DNA of 64,000 nt from Deltaproteobacteria bacterium (lineage in GTDB: Bacteria > Desulfobacterota > RBG-13-43-22). The DNA lies in assembly GCA_016208255.1 (NCBI GenBank), contig JACQYK010000085.1, positions 12,464 to 76,463 of the forward strand, written 5' to 3'. The translations under genes were made by a program, and so were the position numbers. The notes below the pieces were generated by a model. That model was given only the letters and a program-made list of their open reading frames with translations. It was not told the DNA's origin and did not search any database. Numbering within the stretch: the stretch's first letter is position 1; the number at the start of each line of letters is the position of its first letter. Below, in pieces: positions 9,640 through 19,958 of this stretch.

Positions 9640-10491
9640 ATGTCTTATTTCCGATTTATTTGTCTGGCCCTGGGTTCGGTTTTCTTTTTGTTCGGATGCT
9701 TTCAGACCGAGACGGTCATTCGCCTCAAACCGGACGGCAGCGGGGTTATCGAGGAGACCCTCCTGTTGTCCAAGGATTTGCTGGAATCTTTCCAGGAACT
9801 GGCGAAAGGGTTTGATGACGAGGCCGACAAAACGAGAAGCGAAGCTGAAAAAGAAAAACAGGATCCCATCCAGGGGATGATCAGGGATGCCCGATCCAAG
9901 GAAAGTCAATACGGAACCGGGGTGAAGTTCATTTCCGCGACTCCTCTGAGAACGGAAACTATGGGCGGGTATAAGGCCACTTATGCCTTCAAGGATATCA
10001 ACACGCTGAAGGTCAATCAGAACCCTGGAAAAATGACGGAGAAATCGGGGGGGGGCGGCCAAATTCCCGCCAAAGAAGAAAACATCCTGTTCAAATTTAT
10101 TAAGGGACCGGTTTCCACCTTGACCGTGACCATGCCCAAGAATAAAGAAGAGAAGAAAGCCTCGGTTCAGAAAAAAGAACCGCCGGATAAGGGCCCGGCA
10201 GATCCAGATCCCAAGGCTATGGAACAGGTGAAAACGTTTCTTAAGGACATGGGGATAAAAATCGCCCTGGAAATAGAGGGGAATATTATTAAAACCAATG
10301 CCACTTATCGGAAAAAGTCCGAAATCACCATAGTCGAGCTGCATTTCGGCAAGCTTATCGAAAACAAGGATGTTTTCGAAAAAGTAGTCACCGCCCAACC
10401 CAAGACAGTTGAAGAAGCCAAGGAACTGGTCAAAGGAATCGAAGGCCTGAAAATAGAGACGGCCAATCCCCTGGTGGTGGAGTTTAAATAG
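9640..10491 (+). CDS. Hypothetical lipoprotein
   Basis: AAGGAG RBS and signal peptide with lipobox LFGC. Confidence 0.75.
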   Translation: MSYFRFICLALGSVFFLFGCFQTETVIRLKPDGSGVIEETLLLSKDLLESFQELAKGFDDEADKTRSEAEKEKQDPIQGMIRDARSKESQYGTGVKFISATPLRTETMGGYKATYAFKDINTLKVNQNPGKMTEKSGGGGQIPAKEENILFKFIKGPVSTLTVTMPKNKEEKKASVQKKEPPDKGPADPDPKAMEQVKTFLKDMGIKIALEIEGNIIKTNATYRKKSEITIVELHFGKLIENKDVFEKVVTAQPKTVEEAKELVKGIEGLKIETANPLVVEFK

Positions 10492-10510
10492 TTGCCATCC
10501 GGAATCCAGG

Positions 10511-11056
10511 TCATTTCCGGAGGGACTGCAATTCCTTGGAGGCGGCCTGAGCATAAGTCTGAAAGGCCTGGTTTCCGAAGAGGACAAATCCGACCCTGTC
10601 GAATACGGGATGCTGACGAAGATAGTCGGCCACGGTCTTGACGGCGATCCGGGCGGCTTCTTCCAGGGGGTAGCCGTAAGCACCTGTGCTGAGGGAGGGA
10701 AAGGCCAAAGAGCGAATGCCCTTTTTATGGGCCAGCGTCAGACTTTCATGGTAAGCGCTGGCCAACAGTCGAGCCTCCCCTTGGCTTCCCCCCTGATAAA
10801 TGGGACCCACCGTGTGGATGACATATTTGGCCTTGAGGTTGCCCCCGGTGGTGATCACCGCCTGTCCGGTGGGGCAGCCGCCGATCTTACGGGATTCCTC
10901 CATGATAGCCGGGCCTCCTGCCCTGTGGATGGCCCCATCCACTCCGCCGCCGCCGGCCAAGCGGGAATTGGCGGCATTGACAATGGCCTCGGTTTCCTGA
11001 AGGGTCAGGTCGCCTTCCTCTAAAAAGAAAACGGATTTACCGACTTTAAATTCCAT
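10511..11056 (-). CDS. ymdB: Macro domain protein (O-acetyl-ADP-ribose deacetylase, YmdB-like)
   Basis: GDLT..ETEAIVNAANSRLAGGGGVDGAIHRAGG and FPSLSTGAYGYP. Confidence 0.92.
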   Translation of the reverse strand: MEFKVGKSVFFLEEGDLTLQETEAIVNAANSRLAGGGGVDGAIHRAGGPAIMEESRKIGGCPTGQAVITTGGNLKAKYVIHTVGPIYQGGSQGEARLLASAYHESLTLAHKKGIRSLAFPSLSTGAYGYPLEEAARIAVKTVADYLRQHPVFDRVGFVLFGNQAFQTYAQAASKELQSLRK

Positions 11057-11070
11057 GATGGTTCCTCCTT

Positions 11071-12048
11071 TTAAAAAGCGTGTTTAAAAGAAAAATTGAC
11101 TGTAAAATCCGGCGCCCCTGAAGTGTTCAGATCTTCGGTCAAAGAAAGTTCGAAATGATTCCGGTCCAGATAATATCTTCCTCCGAGGGTCAGGACCAGG
11201 GCCGGATTATCCAGAAAATCAAATCCGGTTTCCGGGAAGGGGGAGGTTTGGGCCGAGATTTGACCTAAGACCGAAAGCCTTTTCCACGGTTTCGCTTCCA
11301 AGCCGATCCCCCCAAACCAATAGTTCTTGAGTTCAACCGTCTTATGCGCCCTCAAATTACCGGGAATAACCAACCCACCATTCCCCGTGGCTTGAAGATA
11401 CCTGGTTAATTTTTTTTCCACCTGGACCAGTAAACCCAGGTCGAGGCTCCCGTTCCCGTAGCCTGTTTCCGGATCACCGGTAGGCAGTTCGACGGCCGCT
11501 TTTAAACTTAGGAAAGGCTGGTCGTCCATCTTCATTAGAACTTTTTTGGCTGAAATTTTCAGGTCTCCGAATCCGACTTTTCCATCTTCTCCTTCAATGA
11601 CCGGGTCGTCGTCCTTTTTGACCCGGTATAAGAATTGGTTGGCCGGGCGGGTCCTGCGGCCATAATCCCGGAAGCCGAAGGTGGTATGATACCAATCCAA
11701 CCCATTATCCATAAATCCGCTATTGAAAGATAGAATGGGCAGTTCCAGACTTATTTCCAGAAAGCTGAAGAGGGTTTTCTGATATTTCAGGTTGAACTCC
11801 AACCATTCCATATCCAGATAAACCGCCCAGCGGGGGTTGTCTCTAACGAAAAAAATGCTGGAATAAGAACATTGAATTGAAAAAGAATCCTGAACAGCGG
11901 CTGATTCCAATACCGGCCTATTAAGATGAAGAAATAAAGGAAATTGGTTCTTTATTTCCATGGGGCCGGCCAGGGGATCCCCCCAGCCGGGGAAAGGATG
12001 AATTAATCCAATGAAAATGAGGATAAGGATAACCGTGACCGCCTTCAT
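11071..12048 (-). CDS. Putative outer-membrane beta-barrel (DUF3187-like)
   Basis: Signal peptide, GFMD..LDWYH..FG, LPTGD...G.G.GS.D, EDL...APDFT and a terminal Phe. Confidence 0.65.
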   Translation of the reverse strand: MKAVTVILILIFIGLIHPFPGWGDPLAGPMEIKNQFPLFLHLNRPVLESAAVQDSFSIQCSYSSIFFVRDNPRWAVYLDMEWLEFNLKYQKTLFSFLEISLELPILSFNSGFMDNGLDWYHTTFGFRDYGRRTRPANQFLYRVKKDDDPVIEGEDGKVGFGDLKISAKKVLMKMDDQPFLSLKAAVELPTGDPETGYGNGSLDLGLLVQVEKKLTRYLQATGNGGLVIPGNLRAHKTVELKNYWFGGIGLEAKPWKRLSVLGQISAQTSPFPETGFDFLDNPALVLTLGGRYYLDRNHFELSLTEDLNTSGAPDFTVNFSFKHAF

Positions 12049-12142
12049 CCCTCAAAGATAACGGATTTAAGAGGAATTTTCAAACTATTTTGGATATTAA
12101 TTAACCAGTTATCCATTCTATCCTTACGCCATAACTCTACCA

Positions 12143-12478
12143 ATTTATCTCTAACTTTCGATACTGAGGTCCAAGGGGGTCTTATTTTTGGGCCGGTCGA
12201 CGCGGCTCCCGATTGGGAGCCTTTCTTGAGGTCGGCAAAGCCGACCGTACTGTCGACCTAAAGAAGAGGCTTCCCAAGGAAGCCGGCGTTGTCCACCCTG
12301 AACTTGGAAGCTTCTTTGCCGGGCCAATTATTTAATTAAATCCAGAGCAGGCCTTCACCTAAGCTCGAAACGGGCTATGGTGTATGCCCTGCTTCGAATC
12401 AAACTTTGCTGGACGGGCCGTGATTGGGCGATAAGTTACCCTTTGGACAATCCCCAAAAATAAGACCCCCTTGGACCT
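12143..12478 (-). repeat. Family-A MITE-like palindromic element (reverse orientation) with nested family-B element at 12192-12287
   Basis: Terminal inverted repeats AGGTCCAAGGGGGTCTTATTTTTG / CAAAAATAAGACCCCCTTGGACCT. The interior matches the reverse complement of the 14592-14808 and 50066-50281 copies. Confidence 0.9.
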
Positions 12479-12507
12479 TTTCACCATTAAAAAGGTTTGG
12501 TTAGTAT

Positions 12508-12536
12508 TTGACAAACCGGTGAAGATATTTTAAAAT
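12508..12536 (+). promoter_or_regulatory. Sigma70-type promoter of the DUF465-ilvB operon
   Basis: TTGACA-17 nt-TAAAAT. Confidence 0.7.
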
Positions 12537-12564
12537 CAACCAATTAATGTTTATGGAGTTGATT

Positions 12565-12792
12565 ATGGAAAAGAGAGACGAAGAATTAATCGAAAGGCTC
12601 ATTCCTGATAACAAGGAACTTGGCCGGTTAGTCGCGGAACACAAAGAATTCGAGTCCCAGTTGGATGAATTGAAAAAAAGGCTTTATCTTTCCGATGAAG
12701 AAAATCGGGAAAAGAAACGGATTCAAAAGTTAAAACTGGCCGGCCGGGACCGGATTGAACAAATATTAAGAGACTTCCGGGACAAGAGGTAA
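12565..12792 (+). CDS. DUF465/YdcH family small coiled-coil protein
   Basis: GGAG RBS and L..L..EH..FE..L..L.....LS.EE....K..QK.KLAGRD.I..IL pattern. Confidence 0.8.
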   Translation: MEKRDEELIERLIPDNKELGRLVAEHKEFESQLDELKKRLYLSDEENREKKRIQKLKLAGRDRIEQILRDFRDKR

Positions 12793-12796
12793 CCCC

Positions 12797-14485
12797 TTGC
12801 GATTAAGTGGAGCTGAAATCCTCATTGAAAGTTTGATCCAGGAAGGAGTGACCAATATTTTTGGCTACCCCGGAGGAGTAATTACCGATATTTATGACTG
12901 CCTGGAAAAAAGCCCTATTCGGCATTATCTGGTGCGTCATGAACAGGGGGCCGTTCATATGGCCGACGGGTATGCCCGAAGCTCGGGAAGGGTAGGGGTC
13001 TGTCTGGTCACTTCCGGCCCCGGGGCTACCAACACAGTAACCGGACTCGCCGCGGCCTTTATGGATTCCATTCCGGTGGTGGTCTTCACCGGCCAGGTTC
13101 CGACTCCTTTGATAGGCAATGATGCCTTTCAGGAAGTGGACATTGTCGGCATTACCCGGCCTTGTACTAAACATAACTACCTGGTTAAAAAAGTCGAATA
13201 CCTGGCCGGGATTATTAAGGAGGCCTTTTTTCTGGCTCGTTCCGGGCGACCTGGACCGGTCCTGGTCGATTTGCCCAAAGATGTACTCCAGAACAAAACG
13301 GAGTTCAGGTATCCCAAAAAGGTGGAAATGCGCAGTTACCGGCCCACCTACAGCGCTCATGAGGGCCAGATCAAAAAAGCGGCCTCCCAGTTATTAAAGG
13401 CTAAGAGGCCGGTTATTTATGCCGGAGGCGGGGTGGTTTCCTCCCGTTCTTCCCAGGAGCTCAAGACCCTGGCCGAAAATCTGATCATTCCGGTGACTAC
13501 CACTCTGATGGGACTCGGCGGTTTTCCCGGCCGGCACCCCTTATGGTTGGGCATGCTGGGTATGCATGGTACCTATTGGGCCAATATGGCGGTGGCTCAA
13601 TGCGATTTATTGATTGCCGTAGGAGCCCGATTTGATGACCGGGTGACCGGAAAGGTGGAACTTTTTGCCCCGGAGGCCAAGATCATTCATATTGACATCG
13701 ACCCGACGTCGATCCGGAAGAATGTCTCGGTGGATATTCCCATTGTCGGCGATTGCAAGGACGCCTTAGGCAAGTTAAATCAGGAGCTTCATAAACAGGG
13801 TAAATCGGAATGGCCTAAGATCCGTCAGCCCTGGTTAGAACAGATCAAAGAATGGAAAAAGAACTATCCTCTCAGCTACGAACAGGGACCGGATGAGATC
13901 AAACCCCAGTATGTGGTCGAGAAGATTTATGAGGTCACCCGGGGAAAGGCCATCATCGCCACCGAAGTGGGACAAAACCAGATGTGGGCCGCCCAATTTT
14001 ATCATTTTGATAAGCCCAATTCATTCATCACTTCCGGAGGGCTGGGGGTCATGGGGTATGGTTTTCCGGCCGCGATCGGGGCCCAGGTGGCCTGTCCCGA
14101 CCGTATCGTAATCGATATTGCCGGAGACGGAAGCATTCAGATGAACATTCAGGAGATGGCCACGGCTGTGGCCAATCAGATACCGGTTAAAATAGCTATT
14201 TTGAATAACGGCTATCTGGGCATGGTTCGTCAATTTCAGGAACTTTTTTATGAAAAAAGGTACTCCCAGACCTTCCTTAAAGGAAATCCTGATTTTGTAA
14301 AACTGGCCGAAGCTTATGGAGCCGCGGGGCTTCGAGCTACCCGGCCCGAAGAGGTGGTCCCGGTCATTGAAAAAGCCCTGGCCATTAAAGGCCCGGTGAT
14401 CATGGATTTTGTCGTCTGCCCTGAAGAATGTGTAGCCCCCATGGTTCCGGCCGGCAAGGGCATGACCGAGATGCTGTTGATTTAA
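12797..14485 (+). CDS. ilvB: Acetolactate synthase large subunit
   Basis: [35 protein letters not shown] and the ThDP motif GDGSIQMN...[10 protein letters not shown]. Confidence 0.97.
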   Translation: MRLSGAEILIESLIQEGVTNIFGYPGGVITDIYDCLEKSPIRHYLVRHEQGAVHMADGYARSSGRVGVCLVTSGPGATNTVTGLAAAFMDSIPVVVFTGQVPTPLIGNDAFQEVDIVGITRPCTKHNYLVKKVEYLAGIIKEAFFLARSGRPGPVLVDLPKDVLQNKTEFRYPKKVEMRSYRPTYSAHEGQIKKAASQLLKAKRPVIYAGGGVVSSRSSQELKTLAENLIIPVTTTLMGLGGFPGRHPLWLGMLGMHGTYWANMAVAQCDLLIAVGARFDDRVTGKVELFAPEAKIIHIDIDPTSIRKNVSVDIPIVGDCKDALGKLNQELHKQGKSEWPKIRQPWLEQIKEWKKNYPLSYEQGPDEIKPQYVVEKIYEVTRGKAIIATEVGQNQMWAAQFYHFDKPNSFITSGGLGVMGYGFPAAIGAQVACPDRIVIDIAGDGSIQMNIQEMATAVANQIPVKIAILNNGYLGMVRQFQELFYEKRYSQTFLKGNPDFVKLAEAYGAAGLRATRPEEVVPVIEKALAIKGPVIMDFVVCPEECVAPMVPAGKGMTEMLLI

Positions 14486-14490
14486 AATCA

Positions 14491-14567
14491 GGTGACAGCA
14501 ATCAGCGGTCAGCGGCTAGCTTTCAATCGGAAGAAGCCCTTGGTTGCGCTGATCGCTGAAGGCTAAC
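14491..14567. repeat. Inverted pair of degenerate heptamer tandem repeats (TCAGCxx / GCTGAxx)
   Basis: CAGCAATCAGCGGTCAGC ... GCTGATCGCTGAAGGCT. Same family at 59981-60062. Confidence 0.65.
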
Positions 14568-14572
14568 CAAAC

Positions 14573-14860
14573 CTATTTGAAATTGCGGGACGGACCGAGG
14601 GGGCTCTTATTTTTGGGGATTGTCCAAAGGGTGACTTATCGCCCAATCCCGGCCAGTCCAGCATACTTTGATTCGAGGCAGGGCCTTCACCTTCGCCCGT
14701 TGCCGGCAATGGTGAAGGCCTGCTTCAGACTTAGGTAAACAATTTGGCCCGGCAAAGAAGCTCAGGGCCTTAGGTAAACAACAAAAAAAATAAGATCCCC
14801 CTCGGTCCTTAGTATCGAAAGTGAGAGATAAATTCTCAGACTTATGATTTTAGAATCTAA
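14573..14860 (+). repeat. Family-A MITE-like palindromic element between ilvB and ilvN
   Basis: Core 14592-14808 has TIR GGACCGAGGGGG..TCTTATTTTT / AAAAATAAGATCCCCCTCGGTCC, with the shared tail GAGATAAATTCTCAGACTTATGATTTTAGAATCTAA. Confidence 0.9.
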
Positions 14861-14878
14861 AAGCTGTTAGGCTAATTT

Positions 14879-15421
14879 ATGGAAAATAGTCACGATCAAA
14901 AACATACCATTTCCGCCCTGGTGGACAACGAACCGGGGGTCCTGTCCCGAGTCACGGGTTTATTCAGCGGCCGGGGGTTTAACATTGAAAGCCTTTGTGT
15001 AGCCGAAACCATGGATCCCCTAGTTTCCCGGATGACCCTGGTGACCCGCGGAAACGATCAAATCATCGAACAGATTACCAAACAGCTGAACAAGCTGGTC
15101 AATGTAATCAAGGTCATGGATTTCACCGATACCGAATTCGTGGAAAGGGAAATGGCCTTGATCAAAGTCCGGGCCGAGGCCCAGACCCGGGCTGAAATTC
15201 TGCGGATCGTCGATATTTTCCGCTGCAAGGTGGTGGATGTCAGCCCTCAGTTTTATACCATTGAGGTTACCGGAAATGAGAGCAAGATCACCGCGATCCT
15301 GGATTTGCTCACTCATCTCGGAATCAAAGAGATTGCCAGAACCGGCGCCATTGCCATGGCCAGGAGTAAAAAAGAACTGCCCGTGAAAAAAGAAAAAAGG
15401 ATTCCCCCTGAAATTCGATAA
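14879..15421 (+). CDS. ilvN: Acetolactate synthase small subunit
   Basis: HTISALVDNEPGVLSRV.GLFSGRGFNIESL ACT domain and EIARTG. Confidence 0.97.
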   Translation: MENSHDQKHTISALVDNEPGVLSRVTGLFSGRGFNIESLCVAETMDPLVSRMTLVTRGNDQIIEQITKQLNKLVNVIKVMDFTDTEFVEREMALIKVRAEAQTRAEILRIVDIFRCKVVDVSPQFYTIEVTGNESKITAILDLLTHLGIKEIARTGAIAMARSKKELPVKKEKRIPPEIR

Positions 15422-15440
15422 CAAAAAGGTCAATTTATTT

Positions 15441-16076
15441 ATGCGTCTACCGATCGCTAAGCAAGGCTATCCTTTTATTGCCATGGGTCTGCTCGGGGTG
15501 GCTCTTTTCCTCTGGCTGGACTTTCCGGTGGGCTGGGTCATATTCAGCCTGGTAACCCTGTTTGTGATCTCTTTTTTTCGAGATCCCGAACGAGTGTCTC
15601 CTCCGGATGAAAAAGCCGTCTTAGCTCCTGCGGATGGCCGGGTCCTGCTGATTGAGGAAAAGGAGATGACTCCTTTTTCCAGCGGACAGGCGATAAAGAT
15701 CAGTGTTTTTATGTCGGTGTTTAACTGTCATGTAAACAGAATTCCCAGTAGCGGAAGAATAGAACAGGTTGTTTACCGGGCCGGAAAATTTTTCTCGGCC
15801 AATCAGGACCGCGCTTCGTCCCAGAATGAACAAAACGCCCTGCTCCTGCGCACTCCGGAAGGGCTGGAGATCAGCCCGATCCAGATAGCCGGCCTGGTGG
15901 CCCGCAGGATCGTCTGCTGGGTCAAACCCGGGTCTGTTTTGAAACGAGGGGAAAGATTCGGGATGATTCGTTTCGGTTCGCGGGTTGATGTTTATCTGCC
16001 GGCTTCGACCCGGATTCGAATTCAACGGGGGGACAAAGTTAAAGCCGGCTTAACTATTATGGGAGAATTGCCATGA
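15441..16076 (+). CDS. psd: Phosphatidylserine decarboxylase
   Basis: FFRDPER, APADG, HVNRIP and the self-cleavage motif IRFGSRVD. Confidence 0.95.
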   Translation: MRLPIAKQGYPFIAMGLLGVALFLWLDFPVGWVIFSLVTLFVISFFRDPERVSPPDEKAVLAPADGRVLLIEEKEMTPFSSGQAIKISVFMSVFNCHVNRIPSSGRIEQVVYRAGKFFSANQDRASSQNEQNALLLRTPEGLEISPIQIAGLVARRIVCWVKPGSVLKRGERFGMIRFGSRVDVYLPASTRIRIQRGDKVKAGLTIMGELP

Positions 16077-16840
16077 GGATCAAAAATCGAAGGAATAAAA
16101 ATCGGGAAGACCGCAGAAGAGGAATTTACGTGCTGCCTAATCTGGTGACCACGGGCGGTCTTTTTTGCGGTTTTTATGCCATCATTGCCGCCATTTCCGG
16201 TAATTTTTATCAGGCCGCCCTATCCATTCTGATCGCCGCGGTTTTGGATGGATTGGACGGGCGCATCGCCCGCCTGACCCGGACGACCAGCGCCTTTGGT
16301 ATTCAATATGATTCCCTGTCCGACCTGATCGCCTTCGGGCTGGCCCCGGGAGTTCTTGTTTTTTTATGGGCCTTAAAACCATTTAACCGCTTCGGATGGA
16401 TGGCCGCTTTTCTCTATGTCGTTTGCGGGGCCCTGCGATTGGCCCGTTTTAATGTTCAAACCGGGATCATCAGCAATAAATATTTCGTCGGCCTCCCCAT
16501 CCCGGCCTCCGCCACCATCGTCGCCACCACCATTTTATTCATCTACCAGATCGGCGGAACAGGCTCTACCGGGTACCTGGCGGTGTTGATCATGATCTAT
16601 ATCCTTTCCTTTCTGATGGTCAGCAATATCCCCTATCCCAGCTTTAAAGGGCTGAAACTGGGAGAAAGACGATCGTTCAATTTCCTGGTGGCGGTGGTCC
16701 TGATATTCGTCTTGGTGGCCCTGGAACCTTTTCTTATGTTGTCGGTGGGGGTCTTGGGATATGTATTGTCAGGCCCGGCGTTGGCTTTGTACCGTCTGAA
16801 AAAGAAGCCGGTTTCTGAACCCGTGGAGAGAACAGTATAA
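16073..16840 (+). CDS. pssA: CDP-diacylglycerol--serine O-phosphatidyltransferase
   Basis: DGLDGRIAR....S.FG..YDSLSD, LRLARFN and FVGLPIP. Confidence 0.95.
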   Translation: MRIKNRRNKNREDRRRGIYVLPNLVTTGGLFCGFYAIIAAISGNFYQAALSILIAAVLDGLDGRIARLTRTTSAFGIQYDSLSDLIAFGLAPGVLVFLWALKPFNRFGWMAAFLYVVCGALRLARFNVQTGIISNKYFVGLPIPASATIVATTILFIYQIGGTGSTGYLAVLIMIYILSFLMVSNIPYPSFKGLKLGERRSFNFLVAVVLIFVLVALEPFLMLSVGVLGYVLSGPALALYRLKKKPVSEPVERTV

Positions 16841-16844
16841 AAAG

Positions 16845-17064
16845 CAGTTGCTGGTTGCTCGTTGCTGGTTACTGGTTGAAGATGCGGGAATCAATGAGGA
16901 GCCAAAACAATGAGAGGCTCAACCTATCGGGCCAAAAGGCTTACAAAAAATATTTTTTTTAAAAACAATTGTCCGCCAACCAGCAACCAGTAACCAGTAA
17001 CCAGCAACCAGCAACCAGCAACGAGTAACCAGTAACCAGTAACCAGCAACCAGCAACGAGTAAC
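16845..17064. repeat. Inverted heptamer tandem arrays, (GTTGCTG/GTTACTG)n at 16845-16878 and (AACCAGC/AACCAGT)n at 16977-17064
   Basis: About 12 heptamer units are visible in the right array, and the left array is its reverse complement. The same family occurs at 27572-27626 and 51326-51391. Confidence 0.9.
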
Positions 17065-17085
17065 AAGAAACGAGGATGAACGAAC

Positions 17086-18627
17086 ATGGCTGAGCGAATC
17101 ATTATTTTTGACACGACCTTAAGAGACGGAGAACAATCCCCCGGGGCCAGCATGAATAAGGCCGAAAAACTGCGTCTGGCCCGGCAATTGGAGAAACTGA
17201 AGGTTGATGTCATCGAGGCCGGGTTTCCGATTACCTCTCAAGGAGATTTCGAGGCGGTTTCTCTGATCTCCAAAGAGGTCCGGGGATTGACCGTTGCCGC
17301 TCTGGCCAGGGCGGAAAAGGTGGATATCGACCGGGCCTGGGAGGCCATCCAAGAGGCGGCCAGCCCGCGGATTCATATTGTTATCGCTACTTCGGATCTG
17401 CACTTAAAGTATAAATTACGCAAAACCCGTCGGGAGGTGCTGGAGATCATCCAACGGGCTGTTTCTCACGCCCGACGCTATACCACGAATATTGAATTTT
17501 CCACCGAAGACGGATCCCGTACCGATCCTGATTATCTGGCCCGGGCTGCTCAAACGGCTATCACGGCCGGGGCCACGACCATCAATATTCCCGATACCGT
17601 GGGCTACGCCTTACCGCAGGAATTCGGGGAATTGATACGGACTGTTCGGGAAAAGGTCTCGGCCGATGACCGGGTGGTTTGGAGTGTCCACTGTCATAAT
17701 GACCTGGGATTGGCCGTGGCTAATTCTATGGCAGCCGTTCAACAGGGGGCCCGCCAGGTGGAAGTGACCATCAACGGCATTGGGGAAAGGGCCGGAAATA
17801 CCTCGCTGGAAGAGCTGGTCATGGCCCTTCATACCCGAAGGGATTTAATGCCCTACGTCACCAGGATCGAAAAGAAACAGATTTATTCCACCAGCCGGCT
17901 GGTCAGCCGCATCACCGGTCTGGTGATCCCGGCCAATAAAGCCGTGGTCGGGGCTAATGCCTTTTCCCATGAATCCGGGATTCATCAGGATGGCGTTCTC
18001 AAGAAGAGGGCCACCTATGAGATATTGACTCCCCAGGACATCGGTCTGGATAAAAGTACTCTGGTTTTGGGAAAACATTCCGGCCGTCATGCCTTTCAGG
18101 AGCGGTTAAAGGAACTGGGCTATGTCTTAAGCCCCGAGGATATGCAGAAGGTCTTTGATCGGTTCAAGGAACTGGCCGACAAGAAAAAAGAGGTGGTCAA
18201 TGAAGATATTGAAGCCTTGATCGCCGACGAAATTTTGATGATCCCCGATACCTATAAATTGATTTATCTGAGCGTCATCAGCGGCAATATGGCGGTGCCT
18301 ACGGCCACGGTCAAGATTGAGGTCAACGGGGAAATCATCCAGAAGGCCGGATTCGGTGTCGGCCCGATTGACGCCACTTTCAACACCATCAATAAAATCA
18401 TTCAAACCTGCACCAAGGCCTGCAAACTGTTAAGCTTTTCGGTCAATGCCATCACCGGCGGGATGGATGCCCAGGGCCAGGTCAATGTCCGGGTGGAACG
18501 GGACGGCAAAGTCGTTCTGGGCAAAGGATCGGATTCCGATATCATCACCGCCAGCGCCAAGGCCTATTTAAATGCCCTGAACCGGTTGGAATATCTAAAG
18601 AAGAATCCGATAAAAAAACTTTCTTAA
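17086..18627 (+). CDS. leuA: 2-isopropylmalate synthase
   Basis: [40 protein letters not shown] and a C-terminal regulatory domain. Confidence 0.97.
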   Translation: MAERIIIFDTTLRDGEQSPGASMNKAEKLRLARQLEKLKVDVIEAGFPITSQGDFEAVSLISKEVRGLTVAALARAEKVDIDRAWEAIQEAASPRIHIVIATSDLHLKYKLRKTRREVLEIIQRAVSHARRYTTNIEFSTEDGSRTDPDYLARAAQTAITAGATTINIPDTVGYALPQEFGELIRTVREKVSADDRVVWSVHCHNDLGLAVANSMAAVQQGARQVEVTINGIGERAGNTSLEELVMALHTRRDLMPYVTRIEKKQIYSTSRLVSRITGLVIPANKAVVGANAFSHESGIHQDGVLKKRATYEILTPQDIGLDKSTLVLGKHSGRHAFQERLKELGYVLSPEDMQKVFDRFKELADKKKEVVNEDIEALIADEILMIPDTYKLIYLSVISGNMAVPTATVKIEVNGEIIQKAGFGVGPIDATFNTINKIIQTCTKACKLLSFSVNAITGGMDAQGQVNVRVERDGKVVLGKGSDSDIITASAKAYLNALNRLEYLKKNPIKKLS

Positions 18628-18661
18628 AAAGAATCCAGAATCCAGAAGCAAGGGTGTCAGA

Positions 18662-19939
18662 ATGTCTCAAACCATTACAGAAAAAATAATCGCGGCCCAT
18701 GCCGGGGTGAAAACCGTTCATCCCGGCCAACTGGTTGAGGCCAGAGTGGACCTGGCCCTGGCCAACGATATCACGGCACCGATTGCCATTGACGTTTTCT
18801 ATGAGTCAGGGGCCCAAGAGGTCTTTGACCCTAAAAAGGTAGTGCTCGTTCCCGATCATTTTGTACCCAACAAGGATATCGCCGCGGCCGAGCAATGTCG
18901 GAAAATGCGCCTTTTTGCCGAGGAGCAAAAACTGACCTATTATTTTGAATTGGGTGAAATGGGCGTCGAGCACGCCCTGCTCCCTGAGAAAGGGCTGGTC
19001 CTGCCCGGTGACCTGGTGATCGGTGCCGACAGCCATACCTGCACCTATGGAGCCCTGGGGGCCTTTGCCAGCGGTATGGGGAGTACGGACCTGGGCGCGG
19101 CCATGGTTACCGGCCGGACCTGGTTGAAAGTCCCTGAAACTATAAAATTGGTTTACCAGGGAAAACTTAAGCCCTGGGTTTCGGGCAAAGACCTGATTCT
19201 TTATACCATCGGCGATCTTGGTGTGGATGGGGCGAGATACCAGGCCCTGGAATTCAGCGGGCCGGCTTTGGCCGGATTATCCATGGCCGATCGGTTTACC
19301 ATGGCCAATATGGCCATTGAAGCGGGGGCCAAGAACGGTATCTTCGAGGCCGACGAAAAAACAGTGGCCTATGTCCGGGAACGTTCCAGGAAAAAAGGGA
19401 AGATCTACCATTCCGATTCCGGCGCGGCCTACCGGGAAATCAGGCACTATAATCTGGGGGAAATCGAACCGCAGGTGGCCTTCCCGCATCTACCGGAAAA
19501 TGCCCGGCCCATCTCCAGGGTGGGCCGGGTCCCCATTGATCAGGCGGTGATCGGATCCTGTACCAATGGCCGATTGGAAGACTTGCGTATCGCCGCCAAG
19601 GTGCTTAAAGGACACAAAATTGCCAAGGGCGTCCGGCTGATCATTATCCCGGCTACCCCCTGGATTTATCGTCAGGCCCTGGCCGAAGGATTATTTGATA
19701 TCTTTCTGGAGGCCGGCGGCGTGATCAGCACTCCGACCTGCGGTCCCTGTTTAGGCGGGTATATGGGGATTCTGGCCCAGGGGGAACGGGCCATTGCCAC
19801 GACTAACCGTAATTTTGTCGGTCGAATGGGGCACCCCAAAAGTGAGGTCTACCTGGCTGGTCCGGCCATCACCGCCGCCTCGGCTGTGCTGGGGGTTATC
19901 GGTCCGGTAGAGGCTTTGCCGAAGATAAAGAAAAAATAA
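18662..19939 (+). CDS. leuC: 3-isopropylmalate dehydratase large subunit
   Basis: [28 protein letters not shown] and TTNRNF.GRMG. Confidence 0.96.
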   Translation: MSQTITEKIIAAHAGVKTVHPGQLVEARVDLALANDITAPIAIDVFYESGAQEVFDPKKVVLVPDHFVPNKDIAAAEQCRKMRLFAEEQKLTYYFELGEMGVEHALLPEKGLVLPGDLVIGADSHTCTYGALGAFASGMGSTDLGAAMVTGRTWLKVPETIKLVYQGKLKPWVSGKDLILYTIGDLGVDGARYQALEFSGPALAGLSMADRFTMANMAIEAGAKNGIFEADEKTVAYVRERSRKKGKIYHSDSGAAYREIRHYNLGEIEPQVAFPHLPENARPISRVGRVPIDQAVIGSCTNGRLEDLRIAAKVLKGHKIAKGVRLIIIPATPWIYRQALAEGLFDIFLEAGGVISTPTCGPCLGGYMGILAQGERAIATTNRNFVGRMGHPKSEVYLAGPAITAASAVLGVIGPVEALPKIKKK

Positions 19940-19958
19940 AGTCCGGAGTTAAGAGTTC

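Noticed and set aside
16977-17064. Tandem repeats as a CRISPR array, and ORF 16959-17213 as a gene
   Set aside because: The units are 7 nt with no unique spacers and there are no cas genes. The ORF (LLVAGCWLLVTG...) is simply the translated heptamer array.
16840-17086. Leucine attenuator or T-box ahead of leuA
   Set aside because: No Leu-rich leader peptide, T-box motif or terminator was found. The gap is filled by heptamer arrays.
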